Positions 53,720-64,000 of a stretch of DNA of 64,000 nucleotides are shown here, piece after piece. A program made the position numbers and the translations under genes. This DNA is from Stegostoma tigrinum (taxonomy: Eukaryota). The stretch lies in assembly GCF_030684315.1 (NCBI RefSeq), contig NC_081373.1, positions 14,783,097 to 14,847,096 on the forward strand. Direction: 5' to 3'. The notes beneath the pieces are model-generated. The model ran no database searches. It saw only the letters and a program-made list of their open reading frames with translations, and was not told the DNA's origin. The number at the start of each line of letters is the position of its first letter. The stretch's first letter is position 1.

Positions 53720-54018
53720 AGTGTGGAAACAGGCCCTTCAGCCCAACAAGTCCACACCGCCCCTTGAAGCATCCCACCCAGACCCATCCCCCTGTAACCC
53801 ACACACCCCTGAACACTACGGGTAATTTAGCAATGGCCGATCCACCTAGTCTGCACATTTTCGGACTGTGGGAGGAGGCTGGAGCACCCAGTGGAAACCC
53901 ACGCAGACACGGGGAGAATGTGCAAACTCTGCACAGACAGTGGCCCGAGGCTGGAATCAAACCCAGGTCTCTGGCGCTGTGAGGCTGCAGTGCTAACCAC
54001 TGAGCCACCGTGCCGCAC
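53720..54018 (-). mobile_element. HE1-type SINE inside a short BTRC pseudo-intron
   Basis: Reverse-complement copy between pseudo-exons 54057-54174 and 53581-53706. Confidence 0.88.
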
Positions 54019-54056
54019 CGTTTGATATACACAGATCAGGAAAGAAGCAATCTGAC

Positions 54057-54174
54057 CAATAATGGTGTTGTCCCTCAGTGCACCGATAATTCTCATGTCG
54101 TCATACTGTCCACAGTATTCTAATGAGTACTGTGAGTCCGCTTGTGTCCCACATTACCAGTTCCACTGAATTGT
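54057..54174 (-). pseudogene. BTRC: BTRC pseudo-exon: WD40 repeat 1
   Basis: tttctccttcacAG|TIQWNW*CGTQADSQYSLEYCGQYDDMRIIGALRDNTI versus [46 protein letters not shown]. TAA at 54154-54156, an internal deletion, and donor GTCAGA. Confidence 0.9.
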
Positions 54175-54562
54175 CTGTGAAGGAGAAAAACTGTAGAGAA
54201 TGAGATCAATAGTCATATTTCCAACTATCCAGTCCAGCTACATTGCACAATGATGGATTCTCCAGTCATTTTGTGGACGAGAGTATGACCAGAAAAGAAC
54301 AGTTTGCTGTTTGGGTTTTTGTTGTTTCATGTGTTAAGTCTCTATTTGCAAAACTAGCACCTCCAAGAGTGTAGCCCTCCCTTGGTACTGCATGGAAGTG
54401 TCAGTTGAGACTTTGTGCTGAAGCCTCTGGTATATTTTTCAGAAGTTTAATTTAAGAATTTGCCTTCGCTATGCCCAGATGATAATAAGACTCCAAATCT
54501 GACAAGGCACATGAAACATTGTGGTTAAACATTATTGAATTTCCATAGTCAGTGTGTCTCAC

Positions 54563-54645
54563 CTTAATGTCTTGTGTAATATCCATGTAGAAGGCATTCA
54601 GAGGGATGCCTTATCTGAAGGCTTTAGTTGAAACAAATATTGACA
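54563..54645 (-). pseudogene. BTRC: BTRC pseudo-exon: F-box/WD40 linker
   Basis: Reads CQYLFQLKPSD(fs)GIPLNAFYMDITQDIK|GTGAGA versus [32 protein letters not shown]. It has a frameshift and an internal deletion; the donor is intact. Confidence 0.88.
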
Positions 54646-55144
54646 CTCGAAAGAGGTGTCTGCATTGAGGTACGAATATGGAGATAAATGTACCAGGCTT
54701 TAGTCATTTCACTCCTTTGAAATCTGAAATGTTTATCGATACCACTGCCTTAGCCAATGAATTGATGGCAGCGAGAGTAACGACAAACAAGAATATTTTA
54801 TGGCAAACAAAACTCACTCACTCAACAAATAGCAAAGCAAACAAAGTCTAATTACAGAGTCTATTTAAAAACATGTCTCAATGAACTACAGCAAACAGAC
54901 TGGACAGCAATAGTTTAAGAGGGGATCATCACCTTTTCTAGGCCAATTGATTGGAGGATTATCAAAATCATCTGCACGCTTGCCAATTCTTCTGCCGTCA
55001 CTGTTTGAAGCTCTTATTTTGCTTGCTTTGGTACTGATTTACATAAAAATATTGTCCAGTATTTACCACTGTTCATATAATTCACTCTTGGTTCAAATGT
55101 TTCTTTAGCTTAATATTTTACCATCTCAAATGTACGAATCTACT

Positions 55145-55560
55145 CACTGTAAGTACTGACACACAATTAGGGGGCCTCCTTTAAATAGTCACATACACAC
55201 AATGACTCACAGCAAAAACTGACAGGCACACAGGAATGTACTGTAAATACTTAGACTTTCACGGATCCTCTCCCGTAAACACTGACATACTCACAAATCT
55301 TGACACACCATTAGGGGCCCTCCTTTCAATACTAACACAATCACATGGATGCCTTGTAAATACTGATACACTCATGGGACTCCTTATAAACACCGAAACA
55401 TTCTTTGGGACTCCCTATAAATACTGACATACGACCGGGGAACCCCTTCAAATACTGACACTCTCCAGGGATCCCCCAGTAATTACTTAAACATACTTAG
55501 GGATTTCTTGTAAATACTGACCAACTACTGGGGATACCCCTTGTAAATTTTGATACATGG
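55145..55560. repeat. Degenerate ~31-bp tandem repeat, about 13 copies (ctgtaaatactgacacactc..gggatcc)
   Basis: Recurring taaatactgac at roughly 31-bp spacing. Confidence 0.75.
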
Positions 55561-56380
55561 TTCAGATTCAATGGGAAATATGAGCTTATGCACTTTGCCA
55601 GGAAGATTAAAGGAGCAGAATATTATTTAAATAGAGAAAGATTGCATAAAGTTGTGGCATGGAGGGATTTGAGAGTCCTTGTGAATGAATCACAAAACGT
55701 TTGCAAACAAACTTAACATGTAATACGAAAGAGAAATGGAAAGTTGGTCTTTATTTTAAAGGGAATGGAGTGTAAAAAGAGGGAAATCTTGCAAAAACAA
55801 TGCAAGGCACTAGTGAGACCACAGCTGGAATACTGTGAACAGTTTCAACCTCTTATGCAAGGAAAGATATACTGGAGTTGGAGGGAGTCCAGAGAAAGCT
55901 CATTAAGTCAATCATGGATACGGAGGGAGTTTCTTATGAGAAATTGAGTAGGTTGGTTTTGTGTTTATTGGAGTTTAGTCGAATGAAATGTGGCCTTACT
56001 GAAATGTATAAAATTCTTAAGGGGTTTTAGAGAGTAGATGAGGAGAGGTTGCTTTGCCTTATTGGAGAATCTAGAATCAGTGGGAATAATTCCAATAAGG
56101 GGTTGCCTATTTCAGACGGAGATGAGGAGGAAGTTCTTCTCTGAAAGGGTTGTGAATGTATGGAATTCTTTACCAAAGAGCTTTATTGAGGCTGGATCAT
56201 TAAGCGTCTCCAAAACTGAGCAGACATATTTTTTGTTAGTGTGAGAATCAAGGGTTATGGGCACAAGGTATGAAGTGAAGTTGACGATAATCAGATCTGC
56301 TATGATCTCATTGAATGGAGGAATAGAATCCATGGTCCAAATTGCCTACCTCTGGTCCCACATCTTAGAGTCTTCTGGTG
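55560..56380 (+). mobile_element. CR1-type LINE 3' fragment
   Basis: KALVRPQLEYCEQF and FFSERVVNVWNSLP. Confidence 0.8.
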
Positions 56381-57644
56381 TTAACCTTGAGGTGCTTCAA
56401 GGAGAATAATCAAGTTTTCTCCAGTATCTGCATGTAACTGAGGTCCCTCATCGTGGTAATATTTTGGTCAATCTCCTCTGCTCCTCTTGAATGTCTTGAC
56501 ATTCTTTCTAAACTGTGCACAGATTTAAAGATGATATTTCAACCGGGACCTAACCAGTGCTTGAGAAAGGTTTAGCATAATTTCCAAACTTTTGTACACC
56601 ATGTGTATATTCATGTCCAAGATCCCATGTGCTTATTAGAATTTTCTAACATTTACAATAGAAAGAAAATCACCGTCTCAAACTCTTCAAGGATGTGAAA
56701 GTCAATTAAAGTGAGAATGAGAGAGTCATGACTTAAATAGAGGGAGAGTGAGAGTGGAAGAGTGTGCGTGAGATAGAGGAAGGACGTTGGAGAGGGAGAG
56801 AGAAAATAAAAGCAAACAAAGAGAAGTTTCCATCTGATTGATTTGAACTGTTTTGGAGTTTCTCTGTCAGACAGGGCCTTTTTCCCCAGGATGGGGGAGC
56901 CCAAAACTAGAGGTCATAGGTTTAATGTGAGAGAGGAAATATTTAAAAGGGACCAGAAGAGTAGCATTTTCATGCAGAGTGTGGTGCATGTCTCAAATGA
57001 GCTGCCAGAGAAAGTGGTGGAGGCTGGTACAATTATAACATTTAAATGGCATCTAGATGGGCACATGAATGGGAAGGGCTTGGAGGGGTATGGGACAAAT
57101 GCTGGCAATTCAGACTGGATTAATTTAGGATATCTGGTCGGCATGGATGAGTCAGACTGAAGGGAGTCCTTCCATGCAGAACATCTCTATGACTCTATGA
57201 CCTAAATTTCAGAAATTGCATTAAATTATAAACCCCATAGAATTCTCGCCAAAGACCAGGAATAAACCACAAAAGAAGCCTATTAGAAATCTGGTGCCTT
57301 TAGTTAGATTATCATCTATCTGCTTCACAGAGGACCCACACAACAGGCTTATGTGAATAATTTTGGAATTACAAGACTTTGCAGAACCCATGACCTTTTT
57401 ATTAATTCATTAGATTCTGATTGTTAAATCACATTTCAGAAACTGGAAAGCTGAAAATGAATAGTTCTTTTGTGAAGCCAGTCATAGAACTTTACAAACA
57501 TCCTCTACAAATCAGAAATAGCTCTTCACTGTCATGTGACTGCTTCATCAAAGATGTATTGTGAGCAGAATGAGGGCAGTGTCTCTAACCTTTTGCCACC
57601 ACCTACTTATTGCAGGGACAGCTCAGTTACTCTGTTCAGATCAT

Positions 57645-57875
57645 AGGTCATAGAATTCCTATTGTGTGGAAACAGGACCTTTGGCCCAACAAGTCCATAC
57701 CAACCCTCAGAGCATTCCTCCCAGACCAATCCCGCTATGGCGCAAATAATCTACACACCCCTGAACACTACGGGCAATTTTGCATGGCCAATCCACCTAG
57801 CCTGCACATCTTTGGACTGTGGGAGGAAACCAGAGCACCCGGAGGAAACCCCCACGTAGACACAGGGAGAATGTT
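57645..57875 (-). mobile_element. HE1-type SINE, 5'-truncated
   Basis: Core and tail only. Confidence 0.8.
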
Positions 57876-57944
57876 TGTAGAGCTATATTGAGTATGACAG
57901 AGGTAGGGAGATGCAAATAAGCAAGGTCCACCAGCCACAAGCAA

Positions 57945-59520
57945 CCATAGAGTCATAGAATCATAAGAATAGAAACAGACCATTCAGTCCAACCAGTCCA
58001 TTCTAACCATAATCCCAAACTAAACTAGCCCCACCTGCTTGGCCCAAATCCCTCCAAACATTGCTTACTCATGTAGGTATCTTAATGTCTTTTAAACATT
58101 GTAACTGTACCCTCATCCACCACTTTCCCTGGAAGTTCATTTCACACACGAACCACTCTCTATGTATAAAAAATTGCCCCTTGTGTCTTTTTTTAAAAAT
58201 CTTTCTCCTCTCACCTTAAAAACGTACCTCTTGGTCTTGAAATCCCTCACCCTGAGAAAAAGACACCTTATCTATAAGCCTCATGATTTTATAAACTTAT
58301 ATAACATCATTTCTCAACCTCCCACGCTCCAGTGAAAAGTCACAGCCTATCCAGTCTCTCAAATATGTAAATCAAAAATCTTCATTCCTGGCAGTCTCTT
58401 ATGAACCCTTACTAGCTTAATTTTATCCTTCCTATTACAGGGAGGCCAAAACTGGACAAGGTACTCCAGAAGAGGCCTCACCAACCTTCTGTTCAACCTT
58501 CCACATAATGTCCCAACTCCCAAACTCAATGGCCTGAGCAATGAAGGCAAGTGTGCTAAATACCTTCGTAACTACCCTATTTATATGTAATGCAAATGCC
58601 TAAGAATTATGTATCGGAACCCATAGGTCTCTCTGCTCTACAACACTATCCAAGTCTCCCTGCTATATGAAGGATGTAGTTAAACTTGAAAGGGTTCCGA
58701 AAAGATTTACAAGGATGTTACCAGAGTTGAAGGGTTTGAGCTATAGGGAGAGATTGAATAGGCTGGGTTATTTTCCCCTGGAGCATCGGAGGCTAAGGGA
58801 TGACGTTATAGAGGTTCAAAAATCATGAAGGGCATGAATACGGTAAATAGACAAGGTCGTTTTCCCCAGGATAAGGGAGTCCAAGACTAGAGGGCTTAGG
58901 TTTAAGGTGAGGGGGGAAAGATTTAAAGGGGGCCTCAGGGGCAACTTCTTTACACAGAGGCTGGTGTGTGCATGGAATGAGCTGCCAGAGAAAGTGGCTG
59001 AGACTGGTACAATTTCAAAATTTATCAGGCATCTGGACAAGTATATGAATAGGAAGGGTTTAAGGGGATATGAGCCAAATGCTGGAAAATGGGACTAGAT
59101 TCATTCAGGATATCTGGTCAGCATGGATTCGTTGAACTGAAGGATCTGGTTCCATGCTTACGTCTCTATGAAGTCTTGCCTTTGTTTTACTTAAATACAA
59201 TACTTGCATTTATCCAAATTAAACTCCAACTGCCACCCTTCAGCCCATTGAGCCAATTGATCAAGATCTCTTTGTAATCTTGGATTACCTTCTTCACGGT
59301 CCACAAAATCACTAATCTTGGTGTCATCTGCAAACTTAGTAACCACGCTTTCTATATTTTCATGTAAATCATTTATATAAATGAGAAACAAAACTGGACC
59401 CAGCATCGATTGTTGTGGCATGCCGCTAGTCACAGGCCTCTCATCTGAAAAACAACCCTCCACCATCACTCAATCTCCTGCAGAACAAGCCAATTAATCA
59501 ATTATTTAAGCCAATCATGC
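57945..59520. mobile_element. Nested CR1-type LINE fragments (minus-strand copy interrupted by a plus-strand copy at about 58657-59172)
   Basis: Minus strand reads VTSGMPQQSMLGPVLFLIYINDL...KFADDTK; plus strand reads FFTQRLVCAWNELP. Confidence 0.8.
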
Positions 59521-59843
59521 AGAATTTACCTTTGGATTCAGCGAGCAAATTCTGGGGAACCCATCTGGTGTAATAGTCATAGTGTAACAGACTTGCTCCG
59601 GATAATTACAGAAAGTGTTGACGAAACTCTGCATTGGCAGGAAGACAAACAAAGTTGGAATTTTGAGTCCAAACTGAGTTCTGAAGAGTCATCTCAATTT
59701 GAAACATTAACTTTGTTTCTCTCTCTGCAGATGCTGCCAGGTCTGTTGTGCGTCACTTTCTGTTCTTATTTCAGATCTGCAGCATCTGCGTCATTTACTT
59801 TTCTTTCCCCAGATAATTGTCTGTCTGAATTTACTGATCTCAC

Positions 59844-60057
59844 CATAAGCCTGGTTTTCAGATCCAACATCAAGTCCCAGTCATGAGGCCCACGCATGAA
59901 CCAAATCACTGAGACAAATGCCAGTCACTTATCTGGCATTAATATGACACTTATTGGGAGTGACTCTGGTCCTGTTTTAAGATATTCCCACAGTAATACC
60001 TCAAATTAGGTATCAGTATAAGAATATCCATCTTAAGCTTTGATATCATGACCCAGT
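59844..60057 (-). pseudogene. BTRC: BTRC pseudo-exon: F-box (heavily decayed)
   Basis: After ttttatAG it reads LGHDIKA*DGYSYTDT* versus RGLDHIAENILSYLDAK, with the stops at E and K codons. Later *NRTRVTPN matches KEWYRVTSD. It ends TG|GTGAGA, matching the split Trp codon, and lies in the expected position between neighbouring exons. Confidence 0.65.
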
Positions 60058-61586
60058 CTATAAAACAGCACACACTCTGCATCAATGACCAAAACCCTAC
60101 AGTGAGGCATAACACAGACTGACTTCAGGACAATGAGGAATACAAGGCAATAGAGTAAATGAGCCGTATAATTTGGGCAGCATTCTGAGATTGATAGTGA
60201 GTGAATGAGAGGGAGAGATAATGGCAGAGTAAAGCAGAAAGAGAGAGTCAAAGAGAGAGAAAGAGAGACAGAGAGATCGATTGAGAAAGAGCAAGAGAGT
60301 GAGAATTGTGCCCTATCCATGCTGTAACTGCCCCTGGAAGTGTTTGATGGGGACAATGTAGAGGGGGCTTTATTGTATCTAATCTTGTGTTATACCTATC
60401 TTGAGAAAGAAAGGATTGCCGATGTCTCAGAGGGATTTTGAGCTGATGAAGTTCATGGATTTGCAGGGAGAGAGCCTATGGAGAGATTTTAATGTAGGCT
60501 TTTCCAAACCTTTAGCTGATGTAGGTCTATGAGCACAGAAATGAATGATGAATGTGACTTAGCCTGAGTAAGGATGCGCTAATGGATTGAGATGAATCCT
60601 AGTTTATCGACAGTGAACCAGCCAAGTGTTCATTGAAACAGTGGGCCTAGAGATAGCAAAAAAAATGAATGAGATGGAAATACTCAGTGCTACAGAGGTA
60701 GAAAGACACGATCTTCACGATGGTGTGATTACAAGGACAGAATTTCTTCTCAGAATCACATATACATGAAGACTGTCTTGTTTCCACTCTAACAGTTGCC
60801 AGAGGAAAGAATGTAGTTGGTGACACTGGAACTGTTTGTGATGGGGACCAAAAAAATATAGCTTTGGTCTCTGTAGTATTTAGGTGGCAGAGATTTCTGT
60901 TCATCTAGCGCTGAGCACCTGACAAATGAGAGGCAGTGGGATGCCGAGAGAGAGGCAAGGCTGGAGTAGAATTGGGTATCAGTAGCATACATTTGGAGGG
61001 GAAGAGGGACTGATACAGTGGAAACTCTCAGATCTGTGAACCAAATTGGCATTCTCCCCTAATTTACTCACCACTGTATGTCTATCCACAGCACATAGCT
61101 CTCTAGGGGCCTCTAATGGTGGCAAGCCGGTACTTCAGCAAAACCAAATCCCAATTATCTAGCAACTATACTGTTGTAAAATGTCCCAAGGTCCTTCACA
61201 GGAAAATGAGCAGAGCAAATTTAGCACAGAGCCACATTTAGAGATATTATTAAAGTAGCTTAAAAGAGGAGAGAGAGCGATGAAGAGGGGAAGAGGTTTA
61301 TGGAGCGAATTCCAGAATGTAGCATTCAGGCAATTGAAATACTACTGACAATGGTGGGGGAATTAAAATCAGGAATATCTAAGGGAAATAAATGGAGAGG
61401 CACTGAACTCTGGGAGAGTTGTAAGATTTGAGGAAATTTCAGGCACAGGGAGTAGTGCGCTAAGAAAGGACTTGAATATAAGGATAAAACAAGATAGTTT
61501 AAATGCCAAAGAGCATGAAAGTTTCAAAGTCTTAAACTTGAGGAATAATAGTCTTCAAAGAATTTTTGTTCCTCGGTGAATAGAGC

Positions 61587-61792
61587 GTGGCAGAGCAGTA
61601 ACAGTGTTTCTTAGCAGCATTGGTGTCAGGTAGCTGGTAACGTGGTATGTTAGTGACGACGCATCCTGGAGATCAGGATAAATTCCATTTTGTTGGACTC
61701 AGACCACTGTTTGAAATACTTCATCCACACCATTTTTTTCTTGTGATTAGCTGAAGCTTCCTGTGCTTGGGAATGATTCTGTGGACATAGAC
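61587..61792 (-). pseudogene. BTRC: BTRC pseudo-exon: dimerisation (D) domain
   Basis: Reads IIPKHRK(fs)SANHKKKMVWMKYFKQWSESNKMEFILISRMRRH*H(fs)HVTSYLTPMLLRNTVTALP versus BTRC [68 protein letters not shown]. TAA at 61650-61652, two frameshifts, and the donor is lost (CCA C|GC). Confidence 0.92.
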
Positions 61793-61863
61793 CTGTTTGA
61801 AACAAAGATATAACAAAGACATTCATGAAAGAATTACACAAATCCAGGAGGTACAAGATGCCA

Positions 61864-62088
61864 AGATAATAAATGGTGAGGGTGGATGAACACAGCAGGC
61901 CCAGCAGCATCTCAGGGGCACAAAAGCTGACATTTCGGGCCTAGACCCTTCTTCAGAGCTCTAATGAAGGGTCTAGGCCTGAAACGTCAGCTTTTGTGCT
62001 CCTGAGATGCTGCTTGGCCTGCTGTGTTCATCCAGCCTCACATTTTATTATCTTGGATTCTGCAGCATCTGCAGTTCCCATTATCACT
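61864..62088. mobile_element. Short palindromic Penelope-derived element with 14-bp TSD
   Basis: Inverted arms around cttcagagctctaatgaag; TSD ggtacaagatgcca at 61850-61863 and 62089-62102. Confidence 0.85.
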
Positions 62089-62134
62089 GGTACAAGATGC
62101 CACTTCATTACAGGATTTGAGCTGTTTCATCTTT

Positions 62135-63540
62135 TCAACATCAGAAGTCACATGTTACTAAGTTACAGTCCAACAGGTTTATTTGAAATCACAAGCTCTT
62201 GGAGTACTGCCCCTTAGTCAAGTGAAGTGAAGAAAAGCATACAGGCACAGAATTTATAGGCAGACAGATCAATAGGCAAAGAGATCAAAAGATCATACAA
62301 ATGGTGTGAATTGAGTGTCGACAGGCTGAATAAAAATGTCTCTGCAGGTGATCAAAAGTGTCAGCTGTCCTGAATAAAGTGTCAACAGTTGAGCAGCAAG
62401 GGAAGGGATGACCCATAATCCGATAAATTGACTCTAACAGATTATTACAAAATCTTAAAAATAACATGGTGCTGGAGACAAACCAAGTGGCTGAAACAAT
62501 ATGGAACAAAAACAAAGTTGCTAGAAAAGCTCAGCAGGTCTGGCAGCATCTGTGAAGAAAAATATCAGAGTGAACATTTCAGATCTGGTGACCCTTCCTC
62601 AGAACTTGAGGGTCACCAGACCTGAAATGTTCACTCTGATATTTTTCTTCACAGATATATTGGCATATATTGGCACGGTATATTGGTGAGACCACGCAGA
62701 CACTACAACAACACATGAATGGAAACCATACAATGATCACCAGACAGGAGTGTTTCCTCCCAGTCAGGGATACACTTCAGTGATCAAGGACATTCAGCCT
62801 CTGATCTTCGGGTAATTGTCTTCCACATTCGCCTTTTAGATGCACAACAATGCAGAATCATCAAGCAGAAACTGTTAACCAAGTTCCATACCCATGAAGA
62901 TGGCCTCAATTGAGATCTTGGGTTCATGTTGCACTACATGTAACCTCACCACACTGTTCCGTATTTGTAAAATCTTCTTTACTGTTCTGTTTTGACACCA
63001 TCACCTTGATAACTTGCTATGATCTCTCTATGTTAATTAGTTTGTACAGTTCTGGATTACTCATTACTTTGGTTAGACCCTCATCTTGCAACTCTTATAC
63101 CTATCATGTTATTCCGGCCAAATAAAAACTGAAAGAACCGCGGATAATGTAAATCAGGAACAAAAAGAAAGTTGCTGGAAAAGCTCGGCAAGCCTGCCAG
63201 CATCTGTGAAGAAAAATTCATCTGTCATGTTATTCTAGCCATTTGGTTTGTATTCCAGCACGACCTTATTTTTATTTTTAACGTATATAATTAACTCTCT
63301 ACCTCAATTAATTGGATCATGGGCCATCCCTTCTCTTACTATTCAGCTGTTGAAACTTTATTCACACCATCTGACACTTCTGATTGCCTGCAGAGGCATT
63401 TTATTCAGTCTGTCGACACTGCACTCATCCCATTTGTATGATCTTTTGATCTCTCTGCCTATAAATTTTGTCCCTGTATGCTTTTCTTCACTTCACCTGA
63501 CAAAGGGGCAGTGCTTGAAAGTTTGTGATTTCAAATAAGA
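62135..63540 (+). mobile_element. Penelope-like element (second family) with long inverted arms, GIY-YIG fragment and nested hairpin elements
   Basis: YIGETTQTLQQHMNG at about 62678-62725. The arms at about 62180-62500 and 63240-63540 are reverse complements. Nested short elements lie at about 62505-62655 and 63121-63215. Confidence 0.75.
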
Positions 63541-64000
63541 GACTTAAACACAAAATCCAAACAGACACATCCATAGTTGAAGGTGTTGTCTTCAGATGAG
63601 ATTAAACGCTTTGCATTCTGAGGTGATTATGTTAGATCCTGTAACACTATTTTGAAGGAAAGTAGGTTTCAGACCTGTCCTGGTAAATATTTAACCCCCA
63701 ACCAACACTATTAATCACACGCTTTGGCCATTATCATTACAGTATTTTGTTGAGCATCTATTGGCTGCTGTGTTCCTACATTATAACAATGGCTATATTT
63801 CATGAAGTGCTTCAGTAGCCACCTGTTATTTTGACCCTGACTTCTCTGGGCTTTTGCATCCAGCAGGGTATTTGTATCTGATGTAGAAAGACTTATATTA
63901 GCTCCCACAACATAGAACTAGGTGTGGGTAACAGGGTATTGAAAGGTTTAAAGGATGCTTACTACAATTTCTGATATACACATATATTGTAGGCACTTGA

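Larger units (their letters stand above)
40381..61792 (-). pseudogene. BTRC: Non-processed beta-TrCP1 (BTRC/FBXW1A) pseudogene with 10 collinear exon remnants
   Basis: The remnants are in correct order and orientation from the D-domain to the last WD40 repeat. Their boundaries coincide with recalled BTRC exon junctions, and every exon carries stops and/or frameshifts (see individual exon features). Confidence 0.93.

Noticed and set aside
54100-54190. Alternative frame VELVMWDTSG resembling Rho GTPase VELALWDTAG
   Set aside because: It overlaps the BTRC WD1 pseudo-exon in another frame and has no other GTPase motifs; coincidental.
63800-63900. Possible further upstream BTRC exon (TYNSCARL...) after ctttctacatcAG
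   Set aside because: Similarity is too weak to support; the 5' exons are probably outside the window or erased.

Overview
Vertebrate genomic DNA, almost certainly a shark: it carries HE1-type SINEs, abundant CR1-type LINE fragments and Penelope-like elements, and is probably from a carpet shark, though the species is not determinable here. One live gene is partly present on the minus strand. It is a class II GLUT (slc2a15 / SLC2A9-like), with a short first coding exon at 26499-26549 and a 99-bp second exon at 5180-5278; the rest lies left of the window. The main discovery is upstream on the same strand, at about 40381-61792, and is nearly invisible in the ORF track. Ten collinear, intron-separated exon remnants of beta-TrCP1 (BTRC/FBXW1A) cover the D-domain, F-box and WD40 repeats. 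They carry in-frame stops, frameshifts, dead splice sites and substituted phosphodegron-binding residues, so this is an old non-processed and possibly unitary BTRC pseudogene. The BTRC plus slc2a15 neighbourhood suggests the LBX1-BTRC-FBXW4-FGF8 regulatory block, which makes the repeat-free non-coding islands and a CTCF-like site candidate retained regulatory elements. The Penelope-like elements carry minimal hammerhead ribozyme motifs. All protein comparisons were made by eye against sequences recalled from memory, and repeat boundaries are approximate.
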